From a candidate division WOR-3 bacterium (GTDB taxonomy: Bacteria; Hydrothermota; Tepidihabitantia; Tepidihabitantales; CAIPLT01), in NCBI GenBank assembly GCA_965649215.1, contig CBFGJZ010000001.1, positions 1,809 to 65,808 of the forward strand: a stretch of 64,000 nucleotides of DNA. Direction: 5' to 3'. The notes below the pieces were generated by a model. That model searched no databases. It had not been told where the DNA came from and saw nothing but the letters and a program-made list of their open reading frames with translations. This document shows, piece by piece, positions 38,876 to 48,308 of this stretch; the first letter of the stretch is position 1, and every line of letters starts with the position of its first letter. A program made the position numbers and the translations under genes.

Positions 38876-39505
38876 TTACAAACTAAAAACTTTTACATGA
38901 GATAATCCTTTTTTCTGGAGTAATGGTCTTAATTTAAGTACCTGACCGTATTGAACCATAATTCCAAGTATTGTTTTTGGTGTAAGTCGACAAATAGGTT
39001 GATTAAGTGTTTTGTTAATAGGAATTTCAGCGCGCATAACTATACATCTATTGAAAGGACTAAGGATTATTTTGTTTTTAGGGGAATCAAAATGATGGCA
39101 CTCTTTTTGATTTTTAGGTCTTCCATCGGTTCTGACTTTTATGATTTCTTTGACTTGTTTTTCAAGTTCTTTTTGAGAAACTAATATCGCACATTCAAAT
39201 TTTTTATATTGTTCTTGATCAGTATAATAATCATTTAGTGCTTTATAAAAAACATCATCGACTAAGAAAAAATTAAGACAAGGAACTTCGGATAGATCTT
39301 TATAGGGAATACCATGCCCTGTGGTTCCTTTTACAATCCACCCTCTATCTGAAGAAAGCATATTTAAATAAAAGAAACCGGGATTATCGAGAACTTTACT
39401 TTCTTTACTTCTGATATAAAAGTGCGCTAATAATGTATCGTCTTTGTTTATCTTTTTTGTCCAATTTTTTAACTCAATTACTCGTTTATGCATTTTTTCC
39501 TCCAA
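38876..39505 (-). CDS. hypothetical protein (third gene of the Zn-ribbon protein operon)
   Basis: 209 aa. No family recognised. Confidence 0.4.
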   Translation of the reverse strand: MEEKMHKRVIELKNWTKKINKDDTLLAHFYIRSKESKVLDNPGFFYLNMLSSDRGWIVKGTTGHGIPYKDLSEVPCLNFFLVDDVFYKALNDYYTDQEQYKKFECAILVSQKELEKQVKEIIKVRTDGRPKNQKECHHFDSPKNKIILSPFNRCIVMRAEIPINKTLNQPICRLTPKTILGIMVQYGQVLKLRPLLQKKGLSHVKVFSL

Positions 39506-39534
39506 TTTATTTATTCTGTAATAACTCGACCATT

Positions 39535-40017
39535 TTAATCAAGTTTTACAGTATACCAATCATAATTTCCCTTTTTAATTACTTTTTTTAACGAGGTCTG
39601 AATTTTCTCGCGTCTTTTATCGTGAGGTGGTCCATCAAAAAGTACGACTTTTCTGACTTTATCTTTTAAATTCATGCCATCGAAAATTATAAAATCAACT
39701 GGGTCAAATAAAGTTTTTAAGTCCTGCGGATAATAGCCGTGGGCACATATTACTGGTACACATTTTCTTAGTAGTTTTGGAATTTGTTTTCTTCCTTTTT
39801 CTTGGGCTTTTGCTTTTATTTTATCCCAATTTTCCTCTAACAATTCTTCTGCTCTTTCAATTCTCTTTTCTTTTTCTCTGATTATATCTAACCATGTACG
39901 TTTTACTTTACCCCGATAAAACAATTTAAGTTCACTTAGACGATGAATTTCACCACAAATAGGACATATAATTAATACTTTTTGAAAATCTTGAAAAATA
40001 TCTAATAAGCGAGACAT
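39535..40017 (-). CDS. Zn-ribbon/coiled-coil protein with an 'FDGxN' C-terminal domain (paralog B)
   Basis: Start placed at M10 of the track ORF (TAATG overlap with the upstream stop; GGAGG RBS). Contains CPICGEIH, a coiled coil, 'FDPVDFIIFDGMNLKDKVRKVVLFDGPPHD'. Confidence 0.45.
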   Translation of the reverse strand: MSRLLDIFQDFQKVLIICPICGEIHRLSELKLFYRGKVKRTWLDIIREKEKRIERAEELLEENWDKIKAKAQEKGRKQIPKLLRKCVPVICAHGYYPQDLKTLFDPVDFIIFDGMNLKDKVRKVVLFDGPPHDKRREKIQTSLKKVIKKGNYDWYTVKLD

Positions 40018-40514
40018 TATAATTTCCCTCCATACGTATCCCAAAACACTTTACCGTTTTCAACTGCTGCTTTTATCTGTTTTTGGTGGTAGTTTAAACT
40101 GGCTTGACCAGTTTTTATATCTATAAAAAGCATTGAATCAATATAGCCATTTTTCGTAGATAATCCATTAAAAACCAAATAATCGATTGGTTCAAAAAGT
40201 GCACGACAATCACGATGGTTATATTTGAATCCTTTTATAGCAGGAGCAACTTTTTCTAAGATTTTCCCTAGATTGACTGAAATTGTTGCTTTTTCAGCAC
40301 GTTCTTTTAACTTTTTTCTTCTATTTATGAGCTCTTTTTTTCGCTTAAAAAGATCGTTTTCTTTTTTATTTATAATTTTCTTTGCCTCATCTGGAATAGG
40401 CCCGTCGACATAAAAGATTATTGCTTTATTCAATTGGAAAGAACTTCCGCATGTTGAACATTCTGCGTATAAATTACAATTTGATTTTAATTCTTTAATG
40501 ATATCTGGTTTCAT
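40017..40514 (-). CDS. Zn-ribbon/coiled-coil protein with an 'FDG/FNG' domain (paralog A)
   Basis: Contains CNLYAECSTCG, 'IIFYVDGPIPDE', a coiled coil, 'FEPIDYLVFNGLSTKNGYIDSMLFIDIK'. Clear paralog of the downstream gene. Confidence 0.45.
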   Translation of the reverse strand: MKPDIIKELKSNCNLYAECSTCGSSFQLNKAIIFYVDGPIPDEAKKIINKKENDLFKRKKELINRRKKLKERAEKATISVNLGKILEKVAPAIKGFKYNHRDCRALFEPIDYLVFNGLSTKNGYIDSMLFIDIKTGQASLNYHQKQIKAAVENGKVFWDTYGGKL

Positions 40515-40556
40515 ACATTTTCTCCTATTAAATGCATTATAAATTTAAATAAATAA

Positions 40557-40577
40557 CTGTCAATTGGTGATTGACAG
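40557..40577. promoter_or_regulatory. Perfect inverted repeat, a candidate operator, in the divergent promoter region
   Basis: CTGTCAAT-tggtg-ATTGACAG. The TTGACA half overlaps a possible -35. Confidence 0.3.
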
Positions 40578-40687
40578 AGAGATTGATAGAGATATTTTAT
40601 AATTTAAAATAAATTACAAATTATTGTAATTAGCGAGAGCTTTAATAGTAATTCTTGACTTATGTTTATAGTAGAATAGAATAAAAA

Positions 40688-41467
40688 ATGCTGAAAGTTG
40701 GTGATTTGGTTTTTTTGTATCATAGTGAGCGGGCAAAGTATTTGATTACGATACAAGAAAAAGGTAGTTTTTCTACGCATAAAGGTAATATTCCATACTC
40801 CGAACTCGCCCAAAAGGATTTTGGCGATATGATTAAAACGCATCTGGGTTTTTCTTTCTACATTCTAAAACCGACTTTAGCAGATTTAGCTATGAAAGTG
40901 CATCGGACGACCACCATTGTCTATCCGAAAGATGCCGGCTTGATGATTCTTAGGAGTTTTGTTTATCCCGGGGCAAAAGTTATTGAAACAGGCACGGGCA
41001 GTGGCGCTTTAACAACAATTCTGGCAACTTTTGTGCAACCACATGGCAAAGTTTATTCTTATGAAGCGCGTCAGGAATTTTCTGATAATGCGAAAATGAA
41101 TATTATGAAACTGGGTCTTTCTGACTATGTTGAGTTTTATGTAAGAGATGTTGAAAAAGAAGGTTTTGCTCAAAAAGATGTCGATGCGATTTTTATTGAT
41201 CTACCTGAACCATGGATTGCAATAAGACATGCTTATAATGCGTTGAAAGGCGGACATTCGGTGGTCTCGCTGAGTCCGAATACAGAACAGATAAGTAAAA
41301 CCAAAGCAGTTATGGAATTAGAAGGGTTTGTGAGAATTCAAGCTTTAGAAATTTTAGAACGAGAACTTTTAGTGAGACATACTGGCACACGACCAGCAGA
41401 GCGCATGATTTCCCATACCGCCTATTTGTTGTTTGCCCAAAAAGCAACCAAGCCAATGCCGGAATAA
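40688..41467 (+). CDS. trmI: tRNA (adenine-N1)-methyltransferase, TrmI/GCD14 family
   Basis: SAM-binding 'VIETGTGSGALTTILA' in the expected architecture. Upstream TTGACT-16-TAGAAT at 40655-40682. Confidence 0.7.
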   Translation: MLKVGDLVFLYHSERAKYLITIQEKGSFSTHKGNIPYSELAQKDFGDMIKTHLGFSFYILKPTLADLAMKVHRTTTIVYPKDAGLMILRSFVYPGAKVIETGTGSGALTTILATFVQPHGKVYSYEARQEFSDNAKMNIMKLGLSDYVEFYVRDVEKEGFAQKDVDAIFIDLPEPWIAIRHAYNALKGGHSVVSLSPNTEQISKTKAVMELEGFVRIQALEILERELLVRHTGTRPAERMISHTAYLLFAQKATKPMPE

Positions 41468-42375
41468 TGCAAAGATTAAAAATTAAACAGCAAAATAAAC
41501 TAATAAAAATTAAAAACAAGTTCTATATTTTTCATTGCCTTTTGATATTTACCTATTGTGTTTTGAGTTTTGTTAGTTGCTCTAAATCAAATAGAGAAAC
41601 CAAAGCACAAAGGATTATTTCTTTAGTGCCAAGTGTTACCGAGATTATTTATGCCTTAGGACAAGATAGTCTTTTGGTTGGTAATACAATTTATTGTGAT
41701 TATCCCGAAGCTGCCAAAGGTGTTTATAAGGTCGGTGATTTTTCTAATCCCTCCATTGAACGCATCGTTAAGCGAAAACCAACTTTAGTTTTTGTAACTC
41801 TGCCCGAGCAACAAAAGATTGTTAATGAATTGAAAAAACTTAAAATTCCTGTTTTTATTACCCATCCGAAAACAGTGGATAGTGTCTTAGTTGAGATTGA
41901 AAATATTGGTAAGTTATTAAATGCCAGTGCCACGGCTGATTCATTGGTAAAATCGATTCGGCGGCGTCTTGAGCAGATTGCACAAAGTAATTATAACCTG
42001 CTTGATTCACCGCGAGTTTATCTTGAGATTGCGGGTACTCCGATTATGACGATCGGTGCTCGTTCGTATATTAATGATCTGATGCGATATGCCGGAGCAC
42101 GCAATGTCTTTAGTGATATTGACCGAGAATATATTGTTACCAATAGTGAAGAACTAATTGAAAGAAATCCTGATATCATTATTATTTTACATCCTCAAGC
42201 AAAAAAAGAGCAGGTGCGAAAGCGACTTGGATGGTCACAAATTAATGCGGTTAAAAAGAATCGCATTTATGACGATTTGAATCCGGATTATTTCTTTCGA
42301 CCCGGACCACGATTTATTTATGCAATTGAAGACCTGTCCCGAATTGTCCAATCAGTATGGGTTAGAAAAAAATAA
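41467..42375 (+). CDS. ABC transporter periplasmic substrate-binding protein, class III (BtuF/TroA-like; cobalamin or iron-chelate)
   Basis: Signal peptide with a lipobox-like Cys. 'RIISLVPSVTEIIYALG' and 'GNTIYCDYP' resemble BtuF. Confidence 0.7.
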   Translation: MQRLKIKQQNKLIKIKNKFYIFHCLLIFTYCVLSFVSCSKSNRETKAQRIISLVPSVTEIIYALGQDSLLVGNTIYCDYPEAAKGVYKVGDFSNPSIERIVKRKPTLVFVTLPEQQKIVNELKKLKIPVFITHPKTVDSVLVEIENIGKLLNASATADSLVKSIRRRLEQIAQSNYNLLDSPRVYLEIAGTPIMTIGARSYINDLMRYAGARNVFSDIDREYIVTNSEELIERNPDIIIILHPQAKKEQVRKRLGWSQINAVKKNRIYDDLNPDYFFRPGPRFIYAIEDLSRIVQSVWVRKK

Positions 42376-42378
42376 ATA

Positions 42379-43320
42379 ATGGCAAAATTAAAGTCATATT
42401 ATCTGTTGTTGTTATTGCTGGTATTTGCGATCATCTTATCCTTTGGTTTAGGACCAACAGGATTTTCTCTAAGTGATTTGACAATTCCTTTACAAGTACG
42501 CTTACCACGCATCATCTTAGCAATTTTTAGCGGTGGCGTTTTAGGAATGGTCGGTGCCTCATTACAGGGATTATTCCAAAATCCACTAGTTGACCCGTAC
42601 ACTTTAGGTATTGCAAGCGGCGCCAGTTTTGGTGCCGTAATCGGATATTTATTTGGTCAAATTGGTGTATATACGGTTCCAATTTTTGCTTTTATGGGTG
42701 CACTTATGACCATGTTCTTAGTGTATAAATTAGCATTGGTCAGAGAGCGAATTACTAAAATCGGACTGGTTTTAGCAGGTGTCATAATGAGTTTTCTTTT
42801 TGCGGGTATGGTTATGCTTTTAATGGTGTTAAGTCATAAACCCTTAAGTGAGATTATCTATCTTTTAATGGGGCGCTTGAATATCATTTTTACTAATGAA
42901 TTGTTAATTTCTTTTATGGTCGTTTTGATAATTAGCATTCCTTTACTATTCTATCTGTTTAGTAAATGGCGCGCTTTAAATGTAATGTCAATGAATGAAG
43001 AAGTAGCAGAAAGTTTAGGAGTTGACACCCAAAAATTGACGCGCAGTATTTTTATAACATCATCGTTACTGGTCGGTTTTGTTGTGGCATTTAGTGGAGC
43101 AATCAGTTTTATCGGACTGTGTGTACCCCATATTATCCGTATGATCTATGGACCAGATCATTACAAAGTGATGCCCTTATCGTTTTTACTCGGTGCGAGT
43201 TTGTTAATCTTTACCGATTTAATCGCGCGAAGTATCGCGCCCATTGAATTGCCAATCAGTGTAATTACCGCTTTGTTTGGAGTACCGTTTTTTATTTATC
43301 TTTTGAAAAAGAAATTATGA
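42379..43320 (+). CDS. FecCD/BtuC family ABC permease
   Basis: Hydrophobic 9-10 TM profile and a 'G....F.GL..PH..R' motif. Confidence 0.85.
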   Translation: MAKLKSYYLLLLLLVFAIILSFGLGPTGFSLSDLTIPLQVRLPRIILAIFSGGVLGMVGASLQGLFQNPLVDPYTLGIASGASFGAVIGYLFGQIGVYTVPIFAFMGALMTMFLVYKLALVRERITKIGLVLAGVIMSFLFAGMVMLLMVLSHKPLSEIIYLLMGRLNIIFTNELLISFMVVLIISIPLLFYLFSKWRALNVMSMNEEVAESLGVDTQKLTRSIFITSSLLVGFVVAFSGAISFIGLCVPHIIRMIYGPDHYKVMPLSFLLGASLLIFTDLIARSIAPIELPISVITALFGVPFFIYLLKKKL

Positions 43321-44093
43321 ACGCAGTTGTGATTAATGATTTGGAATATAGTTATAATAAAGAGAAAGTATTACATGATATCTCACTTGAAATTACCGCA
43401 GGCGAATTTTTTGGTATTATCGGACCGAATGGTGCTGGAAAGACTACTTTACTGAAACTAATCGCTGGTTTGTTGAAAGCAGAACATGGCAAAATTGAGC
43501 TTTTTGGTAGGAACTTACAAGATATTTTGGTAAGTGAACGAGCCAAGATTATAAGTTATGTGCCTCAAGAAAACTATTTCTATTTTGATTTCACAGTTTT
43601 AGAAGTAGTTTTATTTGGTCGTCATCCTTATTTAAAACCGATGGAACGACCAAGAAAACAAGATCTTGAGAAGGCGATTTATGCTTTGGAAGTCACCGAT
43701 GCTTTGGAATTTAAAGATAGAAATATTTTGGAATTATCTTCCGGAGAACGGCAACGAGTTGTTTTAGCAAGAGCGCTCGCATCTGAACCGAAAATATTAT
43801 TATTAGATGAGCCGACTTCTTATTTGGATATTACCCATCAGGTAGAGATTATAAAAATACTTAAAAAATTAAACCAACAAGGAATCACAATAATATTTCT
43901 ATCCCACGATATTAATTTGACTGCTCTTTTTTGTCACCGAATATTTTTATTAGCAAATGGGCAGCTGATTACTTGTGATTCTCCTGAAAATGTCATTACT
44001 GAGCAAACGATTAAGAAAGTTTATCGACTATCTCCTTTTATTATTTTACACCCGCAAACTAAAAAACCACAAATAATATTACCCGAAATATGA
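43317..44093 (+). CDS. ABC transporter ATP-binding protein (FepC/BtuD-like)
   Basis: Walker A 'GPNGAGKTTLL', 'LSSGERQRVVLARAL' and 'LLLDEPTS'. Confidence 0.85.
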   Translation: MNAVVINDLEYSYNKEKVLHDISLEITAGEFFGIIGPNGAGKTTLLKLIAGLLKAEHGKIELFGRNLQDILVSERAKIISYVPQENYFYFDFTVLEVVLFGRHPYLKPMERPRKQDLEKAIYALEVTDALEFKDRNILELSSGERQRVVLARALASEPKILLLDEPTSYLDITHQVEIIKILKKLNQQGITIIFLSHDINLTALFCHRIFLLANGQLITCDSPENVITEQTIKKVYRLSPFIILHPQTKKPQIILPEI

Positions 44094-44095
44094 AA

Positions 44096-45748
44096 TTAGT
44101 TGATGGTGTTCTTGGGCATCGGTATTTTTAAATTATGTTTCTGAGCGGTTTTGATGGCAATATCATAACCCGCATCAGCATGACGAGCTACGCCGATTGC
44201 AGGGTCATTGGTTAAAACACGCTCTAATCTTTCATCCATTTCTTTAGTACCATCACAGACAACAACTTGACCAGCATGGATTGAATAACCAATGCCGACT
44301 CCACCACCATGATGAACTGAGACCCAAGATGCACCCGATGCAACATTTAACATCGCATTTAAAATAGGCCAATCCGCAATCGCATCCGAACCGTCAAGCA
44401 TCTTTTCGGTTTCACGATTTGGAGATGCGACTGAACCCGTGTCAAGATGATCTCGACCGATAACAATGGGTGATGTAATTTTCCCTTCTCGCACGAGTTT
44501 ATTCATTGCCAGTCCCATCTTATCGCGTTCACCCAATCCTAACCAACAGATGCGCGCTGGTAAACCCTGAAAAGGTACTTTTTCTTGCGCCAAATTAATC
44601 CATCGTTTTAACGATTCATTTTCGGGGAATAATTCTAAAGCTAATTTATCGGTGGTGTAAATGTCTTGTTTGTCTCCTGATAATGCAGCCCATCGAAATG
44701 GTCCTTTACCTTCACAGAAGAGGGGACGAATGTATTCTAAGACAAATCCTGGAATGTTATAAACATTTTTTACACCCGCTTTTGCGGCTTGGGCTCGGAT
44801 ATTATTGCCATAATCAAAAGCCGTCGCACCATCTCGTTGCATTTTTAGCATCGCTTCCATCTGTCGAGCCATTGATTCAAACGAGTGTTTGATATATTCC
44901 TTAGGGTTTTTTCTTCTTAATTCAAGAGCATACTCAAAGGTCATTCTACCAGGAACATAACCATTTAACTCATCATGAGCTGAAGTTTGATCAGTTAAGA
45001 CATCAGGAATAATACCACGTCTTACTAATTCGGGATGGATATCAGAAGCGTTACCAACTAACCCAATTGACAACGGTTTTTTTTCTTTAATTGCTTGATT
45101 AATTAAAGTTAATGCTTCATCTAAATTCCAGACCATAGTATCACAGAATCCTTGTTTGACACGGCGTTCGATTTTTCGAGCATCCACTTCAACATCTAAA
45201 ATAACTCCACCGTTCATAGTTACGGCTAATGGTTGAGCGCCACTCATGCCACCCATTCCTGCGGTAAGCACCCATCGCCCTTTTAGACTGCCCCCAAAAT
45301 GTTTACGAGCACATTCGGCAAAAGTTTCATAAGTGCCTTGAATAATTCCCTGGGTACCAATATAAATCCATGAACCTGCGGTCATTTGACCGTACATGAT
45401 AAGTCCTAATGCTTCAAGTTTTCGGAAATAATCCCAATTTGCCCAAGCTGGCACTAACAAAGAATTGGCGATCAGAACTCGTGGTGCATGGGGGTGGGTT
45501 TTAAAAATAGCCACAGGTTTACCAGATTGGATTAAGAGGGTCTCGTCGTTTTCTAATTCTTGTAATGAGCTAATTATAGCGTGATAGCAATCCCAATTTC
45601 GAGCTGCTTTTCCACAACCACCATAGACAATTAATTCTTCTGGTTTTTCAGCAACCTCAGAATCAAGATTGTTCATTAACATCCGCATAGCAGCTTCTTG
45701 ATGCCAACTTTTACAGGAGATTTTGTTACCTCGTGGTGCCGTTATCAT
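44096..45748 (-). CDS. hutU: Urocanate hydratase
   Basis: 550 aa, collinear with urocanase (…[11 protein letters not shown]…, NAD-binding core). Confidence 0.85.
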   Translation of the reverse strand: MITAPRGNKISCKSWHQEAAMRMLMNNLDSEVAEKPEELIVYGGCGKAARNWDCYHAIISSLQELENDETLLIQSGKPVAIFKTHPHAPRVLIANSLLVPAWANWDYFRKLEALGLIMYGQMTAGSWIYIGTQGIIQGTYETFAECARKHFGGSLKGRWVLTAGMGGMSGAQPLAVTMNGGVILDVEVDARKIERRVKQGFCDTMVWNLDEALTLINQAIKEKKPLSIGLVGNASDIHPELVRRGIIPDVLTDQTSAHDELNGYVPGRMTFEYALELRRKNPKEYIKHSFESMARQMEAMLKMQRDGATAFDYGNNIRAQAAKAGVKNVYNIPGFVLEYIRPLFCEGKGPFRWAALSGDKQDIYTTDKLALELFPENESLKRWINLAQEKVPFQGLPARICWLGLGERDKMGLAMNKLVREGKITSPIVIGRDHLDTGSVASPNRETEKMLDGSDAIADWPILNAMLNVASGASWVSVHHGGGVGIGYSIHAGQVVVCDGTKEMDERLERVLTNDPAIGVARHADAGYDIAIKTAQKHNLKIPMPKNTIN

Positions 45749-45769
45749 AGATTTTGTTTTTAATTAAAG

Positions 45770-45843
45770 TAGCGGGGGCTGGATTTGAACCAGCGACCTT
45801 GAGGTTATGAGCCTCACGAGCTTCCAGGCTGCTCCACCCCGCA
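45770..45843 (-). tRNA. tRNA-Met (anticodon CAT), with some initiator-like features
   Basis: Reverse-complement cloverleaf: acceptor (T)GCGGGG/CCCCGC(T), D-arm GAGC-AGCCTGGAA-GCTC, anticodon stem TGAGG/CCTCA, loop CTCATAA, T-arm GCTGG-TTCAAAT-CCAGC, discriminator A. Position 1:72 is an unpaired U-U and there is an A11:U24 pair. Confidence 0.75.
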
Positions 45844-45938
45844 ATTTTAATTGCTCTGTCAAAAAACTGGTTTACGCTCTTCAATAATATAATTAATATT
45901 ATAGAAAATGTCAATACAATTGGTGATTTTTCAATAAG

Positions 45939-48233
45939 TTAAGAGTTCATTTGTTTGATTTTTATTCTTTGTTTTGATAACAAGACAATCAATGCACCGT
46001 TTTTTCTGGTATTGAAAATTTTAAGACGGTGTTGTTTAAATAATCTTAAAACATCGGGATTGATAGTTTTTCGTCCTGTGATAATAACATATTCTGGTTG
46101 TACTTTGTTAATTAATGTGGGATTATTGGCGACTTTACTACCATGGTGTGGTATTTTTAAGAATTGAGCTTGAAGGGGGAAATGCTGTATTAATTCAAAA
46201 TTATCTAAATCACCAGGAAAAAGCAAGGATATGTTTTCATAGTTTAATTTTAATACGACGGATATGTCATTTGGTGATAAGACACCGACTTCATAATTTT
46301 TTCTACTTATCGGATTGGGATAAAAAACACTAATATCAGTTCTGTAAGTCGCAATAGATTGATTTTCATTGGCGAGAAAAATTTCTTGTTTGTTGTTTCT
46401 GAGTCTGTTAATTAGATTTTGATAAGTTGTATCAGAAGAGGTATCAGTAGCAATTAAAAATTGCTTTATTTTCACGGTATTGATTAAATCCTGATAACCA
46501 CCATAATGATCGAAATGAGGATGTGTGATGACGGCTAAATCAATATTTTTAATTCTCTTACTTTTGAGCAATGGTAAAATAATTTCATTCGGTTCACCAG
46601 CATCAATTAACATCGTTTTACGATTTGGTAATTCTAATAAAATGGCATCGCCCTTTTTTAGATCAAAAAATGTAACAATCAGATTCTGAGGGGATAAAAT
46701 ATTTTGCCAGATATAGAAATTCAGTCCAACCAATAAAAATATTGCACTTAATTTGCGAAAACGAAGATTTTTCCAAAATATAATCATCAAAAGAAATAAA
46801 TAAAATAAGGCAATAAAGATTAACGGTGGTTTTCCGAATTCAAGATTTTGCCATGAAAGATTAGAAAATTTCTCACTTAAATAGATGATTAATTTTAATA
46901 TTAACCATAAAGTTTGAGCATAGATAGCGGCTAAACCTTTTATTAAGAGGTTTAAGAACATGACTAAAAAACCCAGTGGCATTGCTAAACTTACTAATGG
47001 GATAATCAATAAGTTGGCAAAGACAGTTAAAAGTGGAAATTGAAAGAAATAATTGAGAACAATTGGAGCAATACTTATAGTTGCACTTAACGATACTAAA
47101 AAAGGTAATAAGAGATATCGAGTAATGTATTTAGGTATTTTATATTTCTTGATTATATTATAGAGTTTGGGAGTAATCATAATAATGCCAAGTGTAGCAA
47201 TAAAAGATAACTGAAAACTAATTTCGAATATTGCTTGGGGTGAGAATAGAAGTATGATAATTGCTGCAACTAAAACACTGTTGATAGGATTATAATAACG
47301 GTGGGTGTATAATCCAAGACAAACAAAAAGAGCCATCAAACCAGCTCGTACAGCGGATATTTTAAAACCGATTATACTTAAATAAATAAATATCACAACA
47401 ATGATAATAGCCAATTGTAATAAACCACGAACACGAATTATTGGTAGTAAAAGCAGGAGAATACCAATTAAGATCGCAATATGTAAACCAGATACAGCTA
47501 AAATATGAGCAATGCCTGTGTCAGCAAAAGTTTGTCGCAGTTTTTCAGACATTTCTTGTTTTTCTCCGAGCAGAAGACCGATTAGCAATGCTTTTTTATT
47601 GCTCTCTAAATATTGACTAATTGTGTTAAAAAAATAATTTCTTAAGGGAATTATTAAATTTTTGATAAACCAATTTCCTGCGTGCCTTCGGATTATTTTT
47701 ATGTTGCTTTGTGTAGTGAAAATACTACCAATTAATCCCTGCTTATGATAATAAGAGTTATAATCAAAAAGATTAGGATTACAAGGAAAATCAAAATCAG
47801 TTATTTGAGCATCGAGGTCAATTACATCGCCGTACCGAAGGGGTTGAATTACTGACAATAAGTGAACAGTTTCGTTTTCTTGCGTGACAAATAAGAACAC
47901 TTTGCCCGTGATTCGAAGATTGTTTAAAGTTAAAAGTTTAGCTAAATAACGATTGTTGTAAATGGGTGTTTCTAAGATTTGTGCTTTGATTTTTACCGCT
48001 CGATCATAATACGGAAAATTATTGATTATGTTCTCTTTTAATAAAAAACTATTATAATTTAACGCAGAGACAATAATAAGGCTGAAATACAACGAGTACC
48101 ATTTTGTTAAAAAAGTGATTACGATAGATATGATAAAAGCAGCAATTAAAAACCAATTAGGGATTTTTAGGTAATGAGTACAAACAATGCCGATGATAAG
48201 AAAAATTAGTACTTTTAATGCGGCATAACGCAT
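45939..48233 (-). CDS. comEC: DNA internalization-related competence protein ComEC/Rec2
   Basis: 764 aa with a polytopic membrane core and a C-terminal metallo-beta-lactamase domain 'VITHPHFDHYGG'. Confidence 0.85.
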   Translation of the reverse strand: MRYAALKVLIFLIIGIVCTHYLKIPNWFLIAAFIISIVITFLTKWYSLYFSLIIVSALNYNSFLLKENIINNFPYYDRAVKIKAQILETPIYNNRYLAKLLTLNNLRITGKVFLFVTQENETVHLLSVIQPLRYGDVIDLDAQITDFDFPCNPNLFDYNSYYHKQGLIGSIFTTQSNIKIIRRHAGNWFIKNLIIPLRNYFFNTISQYLESNKKALLIGLLLGEKQEMSEKLRQTFADTGIAHILAVSGLHIAILIGILLLLLPIIRVRGLLQLAIIIVVIFIYLSIIGFKISAVRAGLMALFVCLGLYTHRYYNPINSVLVAAIIILLFSPQAIFEISFQLSFIATLGIIMITPKLYNIIKKYKIPKYITRYLLLPFLVSLSATISIAPIVLNYFFQFPLLTVFANLLIIPLVSLAMPLGFLVMFLNLLIKGLAAIYAQTLWLILKLIIYLSEKFSNLSWQNLEFGKPPLIFIALFYLFLLMIIFWKNLRFRKLSAIFLLVGLNFYIWQNILSPQNLIVTFFDLKKGDAILLELPNRKTMLIDAGEPNEIILPLLKSKRIKNIDLAVITHPHFDHYGGYQDLINTVKIKQFLIATDTSSDTTYQNLINRLRNNKQEIFLANENQSIATYRTDISVFYPNPISRKNYEVGVLSPNDISVVLKLNYENISLLFPGDLDNFELIQHFPLQAQFLKIPHHGSKVANNPTLINKVQPEYVIITGRKTINPDVLRLFKQHRLKIFNTRKNGALIVLLSKQRIKIKQMNS

Positions 48234-48308
48234 TAAGAATATTAATATATGAACTTAAAAAGTAAAGAGCAATCTTTATAAAAAAAGATGATACCTTTAT
48301 GATCTGTT

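Noticed and set aside
40515-40687. A cobalamin riboswitch upstream of the btuFCD-like ABC importer (41467-44093)
   Set aside because: The transporter genes directly follow trmI with no leader. The region upstream of trmI is AT-rich with only promoter-like elements.
45726-45914. A 62-aa ORF on the minus strand
   Set aside because: It overlaps the tRNA-Met gene; its translation reads through the tRNA, so it is spurious.
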